Assembly (NCBI RefSeq): GCF_037042905.1
Contig: NC_087252.1
Span: 62,001-126,000 of the forward strand
Direction of reading: 5' to 3'
DNA length: 64,000 nt
Source: Lytechinus pictus
Lineage: Eukaryota
Shown here piece by piece: positions 1 through 12,500 of the stretch (positions are counted from its first letter, which is position 1; the number at the start of each line of letters is the position of its first letter). Both the position numbers and the translations under genes were made by a program. The notes under the pieces were generated by a model that was not told where the DNA came from, did no database searches, and was given only the letters and a program-made list of their open reading frames with translations.

Positions 1-355
1 CCACCATCATCATCACCATCACCATCATCGTAGTCATCTTCCTCCTCCTCCTCCACCTCATAAAGCTCTTTATAAGTTACAAGCGACTTTACAATGACTG
101 GTGACCCTTTTATACAAACAAATTTTCATTGGTGTTGATTTAGATCATATATACTTATTTTTCATGTTCATAAAGTCACATGTAACTTACAAACAGCTTT
201 ATTATTATTATGGTAAATTTGCCATGCAATGGTAATTACCATGGTTCGCTGATCACCAACCAATCAAAATCAAGGATTCCGTGCAAGTTATCATTGGATG
301 GCAAAGTTACCATAATGGTAACTTTTATGCAATTTTTAGGGCCTTGGTCTCTTAC

Positions 356-450
356 CTCAGATCCCACATCAACCCATTGGAATGCATTATCAATCAGCTT
401 GATAGGCTGGGACATCATAGTGGGTGATGCTAACCTCTTATGAATCGGAA
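356..450 (-). CDS. SMG9: SMG9 third coding exon
   Basis: (V)PIHKRLASPTMMSQPIKLIDNAFQWVDVGSE; polypyrimidine tract plus TAG acceptor, GAG|GTAAGA donor. Confidence 0.85.
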
Positions 451-3400
451 CTATTTAAAGAAAAACAAAACATAAAGCAGATCTCAAAGACAATGAAAAT
501 GAATACTCAACTCTTATGGATTGAAACTATTTAGAGAAAACAACAGATAAAGCAGACCTCAAAGACAATGGAAATGAATGCTCAACTCTTATAGATTGGA
601 ACTATTATCAGAAGAAATAAAAAGATGTACTCTACTTTAAAGGGCACACCAAACAGAACCTCATTAGCCAAACCTCAACTTCTCAACTACTCATACCTAG
701 CCAGGATCATTCCCCATAATGCAATATTCTGAGTAGTGTAGTCTTGTAAAATAAACCCACTTGAATGGTAACACACTAATTCACAACTCCATACATTCAT
801 ATTGCAGTAATCAATAATAACATTAACCATATTTCTAATGTGCACTCCAAGGAATACTCAAGGCACCTGACAATTTTGAATAAATTTAAAATAATAAACA
901 GTAAATTTGAAAAATATCAAATCATACAAAAAGTCATTAACAGAAATTACACTGTAATTCATAGGAAGAGGGGGTTTATTAGGATACATTTATTAATGGA
1001 CATTATGAGACATAAGATAGGTTTTCAAGTTCAATTATGTTACCATTATAGCTAGAGGTATCTCTAATCTTAAACACATTTTAGTTTCTCCATACAGGTA
1101 GAATAAATCCATAGTGTGAAATTTTAGTGTATTTTTTTAAAAATATTTTGTACTATGCTTTGTATTCTGATGTTTTGTGATTTTCTTCTGTAATGGTGTC
1201 TTTGACATCTTTTTATGTACGAATGTTGAAATAAACTTATGAACTTAGTGTGAAGACCAACATGTTGATCAAAGTTTCAATCAGGGTCTGTGCCTGTAGA
1301 CTATTCAATGTCCCGACTCACCCTCTATAGAAATACCAGGCATCTGACCTCCTGTCACTCTCTGGCTTGGTGAATAAAGCCTCCCAGTAGGGGTGCTACT
1401 CCGCCCCCTTGGGTCCCCTTCACTCCCCTGCTTCACCTTTGCTACCGGTACTGGCTTTGGTGTAACAGGGGTAGTAGTATGGGATGGTGAACCGGTGGAT
1501 GGAAGGGGTTGGCTATGGGTGGGTGTGTCCTCTCTATCCCTCACTTTGATTTTAATCTGGGGTCCTGGGGACGCAGCTCGAGAAGGTCGACTAGAACGTT
1601 CAGAACCACTGGCTTTGTCAATGTCCTGCATTTTGGTAAAACATGGATTGATATTCATTCTTAACTCTTTCTTTTCTTTGTGGCAATTATCTTCAAGTCT
1701 AAATTGATAACATTATCAAAGTATATAAAAATTAATTAGGTAATAAATGTAAAGTTGATACAAAACAACTGTGTATTGTAAAATGTGAGCAAATAAAATT
1801 CCACAAATGAATGGAATGATGGTTCTACTTCACTCTAAAACATTCAAATAATCAGTTTTCTCAAGAACCTACAGACAATTTTTTTTTTTTTTTATCAAGA
1901 TAAAGATCACAAATTTGTTCAAAGATACATACCAAGCTGAATATTTTGCAAAATGAATCATTCTAAATCTACATAATGTGTCATTTTACTCCCTTTAAGA
2001 AATGAGAGCTTCATAATATCAGTATATGGATGGCCTACAATAATTTGTTACATAAAAAAATACTAATTTGGGATGGATTTCTAAGAGCAAATGCAACCAT
2101 TTTTACATGCATTAAGTCAATTATAGTTTCTATAACCATTCAATATATCAGAATGAATAAGATTCTCCATATCTAAAATGAGGAGATCGTTATGTTCATA
2201 AAGTATATATTCTTATTGACTCATTTGGTTGAGTACTATTACCATGCTTATTTCAAAACCAGTAGTATGGACTCAAAGAACAGAGCTACAGACGGGAGGG
2301 GACAGATAAGCAGTACGCCATCCCGCCCCCCTCACCTCATCATAGTTCCTTTTTTTTCAAGTAGTGTGAAAAAATAGATTAAAAATAATAGAGTAAAGAA
2401 GATAGTTCTGGTGGTGTCACAGTTATGTAATTGAGTGAAACGAAATGTCATGTCTTGCTGTGTTGCCCCCCCCCCCCCCCCGAAATACCCTAGAGCTGCT
2501 CCTGTCTGTACTGTACCTTATTGTCAAGTCCTGCTACCTTTGATAAGATCATAGGAGGAGGTTTATGACCACTACCACCACCACCACCTTCACCATTGCC
2601 CCCCCCCCCAATCAATTTTACCTGAAATGATACTGATAACAATATACAATAGTATCGTTCTACCTTATTTGACATATTGTAATGTTGCCTAGGGAAACAC
2701 TTTCAAGTATTATCTTGATAAACTGAGAGTATTGCAGAAAAGGGCAATACGACTTATAACAAATTCTAATTATAGACATCCAAGTACTCTGTTATTTCTT
2801 TGTCTGAAAATGCTACCACTAAGTGAACTTGTGTCATTCAATTGTGCATTGTTCATGTTCAAACTACAATCAATGCCTCAAGAATGTACCTTTAAACAAA
2901 ATTTTCTTCAGAATTCACAAATACATAATTATAATACACGTCAGAGGGATCTTATTCGTCAGGGTTGCGAGAATAAATGTCACTCTGACCTCCTTTCATA
3001 TATCCTGTATTAAAGAGTGGAACAATTTACCTGTTGATATAACAAAATACTAAAACTCTTTTCATGTTCAAAAGATTATCCAAAACTTGCTTTCTTAACA
3101 GATCATGATTATCTTCCGTCAATATGTATTTTAAGTTGATTTATTTGCATTTAAGTTGATGACCTACTCATTAATGTTTAGTATGTGCATATGTGGGTGG
3201 ATGTGGTTGTGGGTGTGTGGATGTTCGTATATATTGTGTTTGTAACAGTTTTTTCATTCAATTTTTAGCATCTTAACCTTAATATATATATTTTTCTCTC
3301 TCCTTTTGTATCTTGTAGATTAGTATATTCTATGTTTTATGTTAATAATCATAAGTATTCCAGGGCCCCACTCACAAGCTTTGCTTTTAAAGGGGTCCTA

Positions 3401-6400
3401 AAACCAATCCATCTATGCTATAATTCAATTGATGCATGTTTATGTACTCATTTACGTTGTATGTATTTCTATTTTGATTATGATGTGATGTTTTTGGTTT
3501 TGAATAAATAAACTTGAAACTTAAACACACACACACACAGAACTACCCTGGTGCCGCTCCTGTCTGTACTGTACCTTATTGTCAAGTCCTGCTACCTTTC
3601 ATAAGATCATTGGTGGAGGTTTACAACCACCAACCTCTCTGTTGCCCCCCCCCCCCACACACAGAACTACCCTGGTGCCGCACCTGTCTGTACTGTACCT
3701 TATTGTCAAGTCCTGCTACCTTTGATAAGATCATTGGTGGAGGTTTACAACCACCAACCTCTCTGTTGCCCCCCCCCCCACACACAGAACTACCCTGGTG
3801 CCGATCCTGTCTGTACTGTACCTTATTGTCAAGTCCTGCTACCTTTGATAAGATCATTGGAGGAGGTTTACAACCACCAACCTCTCTGTTGCCCCCCCCC
3901 CCCACACACAGAACTACCCTGGTGCCGCTCCTGTCTGTACTGTACCTTATTGTCAAGTCCTGCTACCTTTGATAAGATCATTGGTGGAGGTTTACTACCA
4001 CCAACCTCTCTGTTGCCCCCCCCCCCCCACACACAGAACTACCCTGGTGCCGATCCTGTCTGTACTGTACCTTATTGTCAAGTCCTGCTACCTTTCATCA
4101 GATCATTGGTGGAGGTTTACTACCACCAACCTCTCTGTTGCCCCCCCCCCCCCCCCACACACAGAACTACCCTGGTGCCGATCCTGTCTGTACTGTACCT
4201 TATTGTCAAGTCCTGCTACCTTTGATAAGATCATTGGTGGAGGTTTACTACCACCAACCTCTCTGTTGCCCCCCCCCCACACACAGAACTACCCTGGTGC
4301 CGATCCTGTCTGTACTGTACCTTATTGTCAAGTCCTGCTACCTTTCATAAGATCAATGGAGGTTTACTACCACCAACCTCTCTGTTGCCCCCCCCCCTAC
4401 ACACACACAGAACTACCCTGGTGCCGCACCTGTCTGTACTGTACCTCATTGTCAAGTCCTGCTACCTTTGATAAGATCACTGGTGGAGGTTTACGACCAC
4501 CAACCTCTCTGTTGCCCCCCCCCCCCACACAGAACTACCCTGGTGCCGCACCTGTCTGTACTGTACCTCATTGTCAAGTCCTGCTACCTTTGATAAGATC
4601 ACTGGTGGAGGTTTACGACCACCAACCTCTCTGTTGCCCCCCCCCCCCCACACAGAACTACCCTGGTGCCGCACCTGTCTGTACTGTACCTCATTGTCAA
4701 GTCGTGCTACCTTTGATAAGATCACTGGTGGAGGTTTACGACCACCAACCTCTCTGTTGCCCCCCCCCCCCCCACACAGAACTACCCTGGTGCCGCACCT
4801 GTCTGTACTGTACCTCATTGTCAAGTCCTGCTACCTTTGATAAGATCACTGGTGGAGGTTTACGACCACCAACCTCTCTGTTGCCCCCCCCCCCCACACA
4901 GAACTACCCTGGTGCCGCACCTGTCTGTACTGTACCTCATTGTCAAGTCGTGCTACCTTTGATAAGATCACTGGTGGAGGTTTACGACCACCAACCTCTC
5001 TGTTGCCCCCCCCCCCCCACACAGAACTACCCTGGTGCCGCACCTGTCTGTACTGTACCTCATTGTCAAGTCGTGCTACCTTTGATAAGATCACTGGTGG
5101 AGGTTTACGACCACCAACCTCTCTGTTGCCCCCCCCCCCCCCTACACACGCACAGAACTACCCTGGTGCCGATCCTGTCTGTACTGTACCTTATTGTCAA
5201 GTCCTGCTACCTTTGATAAGATCACTGGTGGAGGTTTACGACCACCAACCTCTCTGTTGCCCCCCCCCACACACAGAACTACCCTGGTGCCGCTCCTGTC
5301 TGTACTGTACCTTATTGTCAAGTCCTGTTACCTTTGATAAGATCAATGGAGGTTTACTACCACCAACCTCTCTGTTGCCCCCCCCCCCCCAACACACAGA
5401 ACTACCCTGGTGCCGCTCCTGTCTGTACTGTACCTTATTGTCAAGTCCTGCTACCTTTGATAAGATCATTGGTGGAGGTTTACGACCACCAACCTCTCTG
5501 TTGCCCCCCCCCCCCCACACACAGAACTACCCTGGTGCCGCACCTGTCTGTACTGTACCTCATTGTCAAGTCGTGCTACCTTTGATAAGATCACTGGTGG
5601 AGGTTTACGACCACCAACCTCTCTGTTGCCCCCCCCCCCCACACACAGAACTACCCTGGTGCCGCACCTGTCTGTACTGTACCTCATTGTCAAGTCCTGC
5701 TACCTTTGATAAGATCACTGGTGGAGGTTTACGACCACCAACCTCTCTGTTGCCCCCCCCCCCCACACACAGAACTACCCTGGTGCCGCTCCTGTCTGTA
5801 CTGTACCTTATTGTCAAGTCCTGCTACCTTTCATAAGATCAATGGAGGTTTACTACCACCAACCTCTCTGTTGCCCCCCCCCCCCCCACACACAGAACTA
5901 CCCTGGTGCCGCACCTGTCTGTACTGTACCTTATTGTCAAGTCCTGCTACCTTTCATAAGATCAATGGAGGTTTACTACCACCAACCTCTCTGTTGCCCC
6001 CCCCCCCCCCCACACACAGAACTACCCTGGTGCCGCACCTGTCTGTACTGTACCTTATTGTCAAGTCCTGCTACCTTTGATAAGATCATTGGTGGAGGTT
6101 TACGACCACCAACCTCTCTGTTGCCCCCCCCCCCCCACACACAGAACTACCCTGGTGCTGCTCCTGTCTGTACTGTACCTTATTGTCAAGTCCTGCTACC
6201 TTTGATAAGATCACTGGTGGAGGTTTACGACCACCAACCTCTCTGTTGCCCCCCCCCCCCCCCACACACAGAACTACCCTGGTGCCGCACCTGTCTGTAC
6301 TGTACCTCATTGTCAAGTTGTGCTACCTTTGATAAGATCACTGGTGGAGGTTTACGACCACCAACCTCTCTGTTGCCCCCCCCCCCCCCACACAGAACTA

Positions 6401-6858
6401 CCCTGGTGCTGCTCCTGTCTGTACTGTACCTTATTGTCAAGTCCTGCTACCTTTGATAAGATCATTGGTGGAGGTTTACGACCACCAACCTCTCTGTTGC
6501 CCCCCCCCCCACACACAGAACTACCCTGGTGCTGCTCCTGTCTGTACTGTACCTCATTGTCAAGTCCTGCTACCTTTGATAAGATCATTGGAGGAGGTTT
6601 ACTACCACCAACCTCTCCGTTGCCCCCCCCCCCCACACACACAGAACTACCCTGGTGCCGCACCTGTCTGTACTGTACCTTATTGTCAAGTCCTGCTACC
6701 TTTGATAAGATCATTGGTGGAGGTTTACGACCACCACCACCACCCCCTTCACTGTTTCCTCTCTCACGTGGAGGTTTCTTTCTGCGTCTCCGCCCACTGC
6801 CTGGCACTCCAGCATTGGCCCCGCCCCCTCCACGCCCTCCTGTTCCTGGGGAATCCAT
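356..6858 (-). CDS. SMG9: Nonsense-mediated decay factor SMG9, 5' portion (first three coding exons; gene continues off the left edge)
   Basis: Exons 6700-6858, 1337-1625 and 356-450 join in frame (phases 0, 1, 0). Motifs RRRRKKP, PPMILSK and IKLIDNAFQWVDVGSE correspond to human SMG9 RRRRWKEP, TPIILSK and IKLVDDQMNWCDSAIE just before the G domain (recalled, not searched). Confidence 0.85.
432..620. repeat. ~76-bp tandem repeat (about 2.5 copies) spanning the SMG9 exon acceptor
   Basis: AACTCTTATG.AT.G.AACTATT.. recurs; minus-strand TAG acceptors at 451, 527 and 602. Confidence 0.85.
1337..1625 (-). CDS. SMG9: SMG9 second coding exon, Pro/Ser-rich disordered N-terminal region
   Basis: DIDKASGSERSSRP...GGQMP; CAG acceptor, GTATTT donor; 289 nt, phase 0/1 fits both neighbours. 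Confidence 0.78.
2611..3524 (+). mobile_element. 5'-truncated non-LTR retrotransposon (CR1/L2-group LINE) 3' end
   Basis: Decayed RT C-terminal peptide IYNSIVLPYLTYCNVA*G..LQKRAIRLIT..HNYNTRQR..KEWNNLP with a stop and a frameshift, then a 3' UTR ending AATAAATAAACTTGAAACTTAAAC. Confidence 0.85.
3525..6740. repeat. ~125-bp minisatellite, ~26 copies, each with a variable poly-C (poly-G on gene strand) run; outlying copy at 2461-2610
   Basis: Unit ACAGAACTACCCTGGTGCCG...TCCTGCTACCTTTGATAAGATCATTGGTGGAGGTTTAC.ACCACCAACCTCTCTGTTGC(n); includes the SMG9 exon 3' end and donor. Confidence 0.98.
6700..6858 (-). CDS. SMG9: SMG9 first coding exon (MDSPGTGG...RRRRKKPP...PPPMILSK); exon begins at 6918 with 5' UTR
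   Basis: Acceptor TTTTTAATAG at 6919-6920, ATG at 6858, first donor AAG|GTAGCA at 6699. Confidence 0.8.
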
Positions 6859-6949
6859 TCCTCTGTTAATCAACTGGGATATTCTTCAGTTCTCCGTCTC
6901 CTCTTGTTCTCTGTCAATCTATTAAAAAGGAAAGACATTAAGTAGTAAT

Positions 6950-7450
6950 TTGCTTGCAGATGTTGATAATAAATTCGTGTTTGATAACTTATTTTATTTT
7001 GTCTTATAAGCTGCATGTTCCATGGCACTTTCCAATAATAATATGCTCGCGTTCGTATCGTGACGCTCATCAAGTTCTATCGATGCGCTGCCGATCGACA
7101 GCTCTACTCACGGTAAACCTCGCGCATGGGTACCTTGAGAACTAGCCATCGACGATCACCCACAATACACCACACCTCATCATTCGATCGAAGGAGTGGA
7201 CGAGATTGAAATTCGGCAAATCAGACCCATATTTCCGTTAGAAAATACATCAATTGTTAATACAAAACTATGTTATATGATATTTTAGAGATAATTTGGT
7301 AAAAGTTGGATTTTTCGCCTTGTTTTTGCAATCTTGTTCTATGTATTGCTCTGTGAAATTGAATTGCGGAAGTCTTACGGTACGAATTTGTTTTAGAACG
7401 CAGTAATATGTGCGTCCGGAATCATAATAGTGTCCGGTGATACAATACGT
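6950..7450. mobile_element. Non-autonomous DNA element; related copy in opposite orientation at ~45410-46070
   Basis: TGCGTCCGGAATCATAATAGTGTCCGGT end; internal stretches (e.g. CATGTTCCATG.C.TT, GAGATTGAAATT.GGCAAATCAG.CCCATATTTCCGT) match the reverse complement of 45430-45920. Confidence 0.75.
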
Positions 7451-7700
7451 GACTATAGGATGGGGGATCGGGTGTCCGGACACTTTATATTTTTGAAGCC
7501 TTCTTTTTTGTCTTAAGATTACACTAAAAATCACTCTAGGCGACACCCCAATACTTACCCGTGCTAATAAACTGGGACTCCACTCACGCGCATTTGGGCC
7601 GCCCTAGCTTAGAACTAAGCTTTGTTTTACTAAAAAATAAATCTTGTAATGATTCAATAAATGTTACTTAATAAATTAGTACTGTTAAATCGGTACTCAC

Positions 7701-7775
7701 CGGTTCTTTTCTTGAATTTTCTGGCAATTTCCCACGCTTCTGGCTTCAATTCTGCGGCTGTTCCTGTCGCGGTAG
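7701..7775 (-). other. SMG9: Probable non-coding first exon of SMG9
   Basis: Strong donor CCG|GTGAGT at 7700 in a CpG-containing segment upstream of the 6918 acceptor; 5' end uncertain. Confidence 0.5.
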
Positions 7776-8190
7776 ACAGCTACATATGCAACTTTATTTA
7801 TAAATAGAGCGCCCCTTACGATAGTTGTTAAGAACGCGGCCAAATTGTTAGGTTTTTTGCACTGTGTCCAAGGCGTTTTTATTTTGTTTGATTTTTTATT
7901 TTTAATAAATATTTTGTTAAATAGCGATTTTTACTTCAAATATTAAATTCATATCACAAAATATTTTTAATTGTAGAAATATATATAATATCATGCAATT
8001 ATTCATTCTATATATATTTTATAATAAAATTTATAATTGTTGCGGTCTTTAAAAAAGGATAGTCGATTGATCAGGTGATGACCACACGTATCACGTGATC
8101 TGAAAATCAGCTTCATACCGCTTTGATCGCACTCGACGGTGACCGGACTGACTGCCAAAAAAAGATCGAAAAATGACTCAAATGTAAGTT
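7775..8190. promoter_or_regulatory. Putative bidirectional promoter region with palindromic E-box ATCACGTGAT (8090-8099)
   Basis: Lies between an outward-facing minus-strand donor (7700) and a plus-strand donor AAT|GTAAGT (8184); both flanks are locally CpG-rich. Confidence 0.4.
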
Positions 8191-8934
8191 TCCCTTTATT
8201 TTATTAATATTAAATTCAAATCAGGAATAGGAATATATTTAATGGGCAATCTTTTAATAAATGATAAACAAACGAGGACAAAACTCATATTTTGGGAGTA
8301 ATATCATACTTGGGTGCAGGAAACAGTACGTTTAGAAGTTCTAACCCGTTTTTAACGCATTGTCGCCTATGAGGTCCATACATGTTAATGTTTGGACCTC
8401 ATTGGTCTAGGTCTAGGAGTGCTAAAAATATGAATTCAATAGTTGTAATCATCTTCTATTTTGTTCTCTATAATATTTTCTAAAATTTTTTACTAAAATT
8501 TGATGAAACTTCGCTTGTAATTTTTTCCAAACGACTTTCTAAAATTGATCGTCCGGACACACAACCTGTCCGGACACACAACAACTGGGTATAGGCCTAA
8601 CCGTATACCACTTTGTCTTTTAAAATTAGTTTTCACGATTTCACAAACACAAAATTTAGGACACGGGACTGAAGCAATTTAATTACACTCCCGGTCTGTC
8701 TTCACCTCCCATAACAGACACGAGCTCGGCGAGTTTCTGACAATTTACTTATATTATAAACGTATATACCTTTTTCTTGTTTTAAAAATATATAAATACC
8801 GATACAGAATGACGATTTCTAGCATGAAACTTCCGAAACTTACAAGATAATTTTCTGCTATCGAATCGGCATTGCACTTAGCACCAACGTAGAGGGCACT
8901 CGACCAATTTTGAAGCAGCTCGCTCAGATCAGCT

Positions 8935-9367
8935 GCACCATTGAAGGAAGTTGTAAAAATAGCAGAAAAAAGGTTCGACAAAAATCCATTAAATATTAAG
9001 AAAGTTATCAGAATTTGTACTTTTGGATTTTTGATGTCATAAAAAAGCAGCTGCCCCATGTTATGTAATATAAAATTTATATATAGGTTCGTGATGACTT
9101 ATTTTCTTTTTAGGAGCGCGTGAGTGCGAAATGACTTGCTGAAGATGAAATAAAAACCTTTTCAATTTTCTGAGAAAATTACATTTCATTGATATTTTAC
9201 CATACGATATGTAGGAAAGCTGCCACATATGACATCACAAATCAAATAATTAGAATTATAAGGACTCTTTTTATTCTTTGATGGATTTTTCTTCAACCAA
9301 TATTTATTTTATTTTTTTTTTGCTATTTTTACAATTAACTTTTTGGCAGGTTAAAGTTCCCGTTTAA
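8935..9367. mobile_element. MITE (TTAA-ended, Kolobok-like); related copy in opposite orientation at ~14265-14720
   Basis: Shared AAAAATAGCAGAAAAAA..AAAATCCAT..AAGAAAGTTAT sub-terminal inverted segments and GCAGCTGCCCCAT motif. Confidence 0.65.
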
Positions 9368-9591
9368 CAGATCAGTGAGTGATTACTTCTTCTAAGACAG
9401 GTCTACTTTTATATTCTTTCTTCTTACATCCCCTATCCTTTTTCTTCTTCATCTTCTCCTTTTATCTTCATATTTTCAACTTTCTCTCTTTTTTCATCTC
9501 TAAGCTCCTTTTCCTCCTTTACATTCTCATCAACCTCCTTCTTTCTAATTCTCTTTTCTGTCTTTATCATCTTTCTCTCCTTGGTAACAAG

Positions 9592-12500
9592 TCTTTCACA
9601 GAATCATTCCTACGAGTTGATGGTGCTTTATAATGTAAATCTTTCACAGAATCATTCCTACGAGTTGATGGTGCTTTATAATGTAAATCTTTCACAGAAT
9701 CATTCCTACGAGCTGATGGTGCTTTATAATGTAAATCTTTCACAGAATCATTCCTACGAGTTGATGGTGCTCTATAATGTAAATCTTTCACAGAATCATT
9801 CCTACGAGTTGATGGTGCTTTATAATGTAAATCTTTCACAGAATCATTCCTACGAGTTGATGGTGCTTTATAATGTAAATCTTTCACAGAATCATTCCTA
9901 CGAGTTGATGGTGCTCTATAATGTAAATCTTTCACAGAATCATTCCTACGAGTTGATGGTGCTTTATAATGTAAATCTTTCACAGAATCATTCCTACGAG
10001 TTGATGGTGCTCTATAATGTAAATCTTTCACAGAATCATTCCTACGAGTTGATGGTGCTTTATAATGTAAATCTTTCACAGAATCATTCCTACGAGCTGA
10101 TGGTGCTTTATAATGTAAATCTTTCACAGAATCATTCCTACGAGTTGATGGTGCTCTATAATGTAAATCTTTCACAGAATCATTCCTACGAGCTGATGGT
10201 GCTTTATAATGTAAATCTTTCACAGAATCATTCCTACGAGTTGATGGTGCTTTATAATGTAAATCTTTCACAGAATCATTCCTACGAGTTGATGGTGCTC
10301 TATAATGTAAATCTTTCACAGAACCATTCCTACGAGCGGATGGTGCTTTATAATGTAAATCTTTCACAGAACCATTCCTACGAGCTGATGGTGCTTTATA
10401 ATGTAAATCTTTCACAGAACCATTCCTACGAGCTGATGGTGCTTTATAATGTAAATCTTTCACAGAATCATTCCTACGAGTTGATGGTGCTTTATAATGT
10501 AAATCTTTCACAGAATCATTCCTACGAGTTGATGGTGCTTTATAATGTAAATCTTTCACAGAATCATTCCTACGAGTTGATGGTGCTTTATAATGTAAAT
10601 CTTTCACAGAACCATTCCTACGAGCTGATGGTGCTTTATAATGTAAATCTTTCACAGAATCATTCCTACGAGCTGATGGTGCTTTATAATGTAAATCTTT
10701 CACAGAATCATTCCTACGAGTTGATGGTTATAATGTAAATCTTTCACAGAATCATTCCTACGAGCTGATGGTGCTTTATAATGTAAATCTTTCACAGAAT
10801 CATTCCTACGAGTTGATGGTGCTTTATAATGTAAATCTTTCACAGAATCATTCCTACGAGTTGATGGTGCTTTATAATGTAAATCTTTCACAGAATCATT
10901 CCTACGAGCTGATGGTGCTTTATAATGTAAATCTTTCACAGAATCATTCCTACGAGTTGATGGTGCTTTATAATGTAAATCTTTCACAGAATCATTCCTA
11001 CGAGTTGATGGTGCTTTATAATGTAAATCTTTCACAGAATCATTCCTACGAGCTGATGGTGCTTTATAATGTAAATCTTTCACAGAATCATTCCTACGAG
11101 CTGATGGTGCTTTATAATGTAAATCTTTCACAGAATCATTCCTACGAGTTGATGGTGCTTTATAATGTAAATCTTTCACAGAATCATTCCTACGAGTTGA
11201 TGGTGCTTTATAATGTAAATCTTTCACAGAATCATTCCTACGAGCTGATGGTGCTTTATAATGTAAATCTTTCACAGAATCATTCCTACGAGCTGATGGT
11301 GCTTTATAATGTAAATCTTTCACAGAATCATTCCTACGAGTTGATGGTGCTTTATAATGTAAATCTTTCACAGAATCATTCCTACGAGCTGATGGTGCTT
11401 TATAATGTAAATCTTTCACAGAATCATTCCTACGAGCTGATGGTGCTTTATAATGTAAATCTTTCACAGAATCATTCCTACGAGTTGATGGTGCTTTATA
11501 ATGTAAATCTTTCACAGAATCATTCCTACGAGTTGATGGTGCTCTATAATGTAAATCTTTCACAGAACCATTCCTACGAGCGGATGGTGCTTTATAATGT
11601 AAATCTTTCACAGAATCATTCCTACGAGTTGATGGTGCTTTATAATGTAAATCTTTCACAGAATCATTCCTACGAGTTGATGGTGCTCTATAATGTAAAT
11701 CTTTCACAGAACCATTCCTACGAGCGGATGGTGCTTTATAATGTAAATCTTTCACAGAATCATTCCTACGAGCTGATGGTGCTTTATAATGTAAATCTTT
11801 CACAGAATCATTCCTACGAGTTGATGGTGCTTTATAATGTAAATCTTTCACAGAATCATTCCTACGAGTTGATGGTGCTTTATAATGTAAATCTTTCACA
11901 GAACCATTCCTACGAGTTGATGGTGCTTTATAATGTAAATCTTTCACAGAATCATTCCTACGAGTTGATGGTGCTTTATAATGTAAATCTTTCACAGAAT
12001 CATTCCTACGAGTTGATGGTGCTTTATAATGTAAATCTTTCACAGAATCATTCCTACGAGTTGATGGTGCTTTATAATGTAAATCTTTCACAGAATCATT
12101 CCTACGAGTTGATGGTGCTTTATAATGTAAATCTTTCACAGAACCATTCCTACGAGCTGATGGTGCTTTATAATGTAAATCTTTCACAGAATCATTCCTA
12201 CGAGCTGATGGCCTGCTTTATAATGTAAATCTTTCACAGAATCATTCCTACGAGTTGATGGTGCTTTATAATGTAAATCTTTCACAGAATCATTCCTACG
12301 AGCTGATGGTGCTTTATAATGTAAATCTTTCACAGAATCATTCCTACGAGTTGATGGTGCTTTATAATGTAAATCTTTCACAGAATCATTCCTACGAGTT
12401 GATGGTGCTTTATAATGCAAATCTTTCACAGAATCATTCCTACGAGTTGATGGTGCTTTATAATGTAAATCTTTCACAGAATCATTCCTACGAGTTGATG

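Noticed and set aside
3514..6925. Many plus-strand Pro/Cys-rich ORFs
   Set aside because: Translations of the minisatellite antisense to SMG9; frames switch with the poly-C length.
9088..9145. C/D box snoRNA candidate (GTGATGA...CTGA)
   Set aside because: Only ~55 nt and lies inside a MITE whose second copy (~14.5 kb) carries similar sequence.
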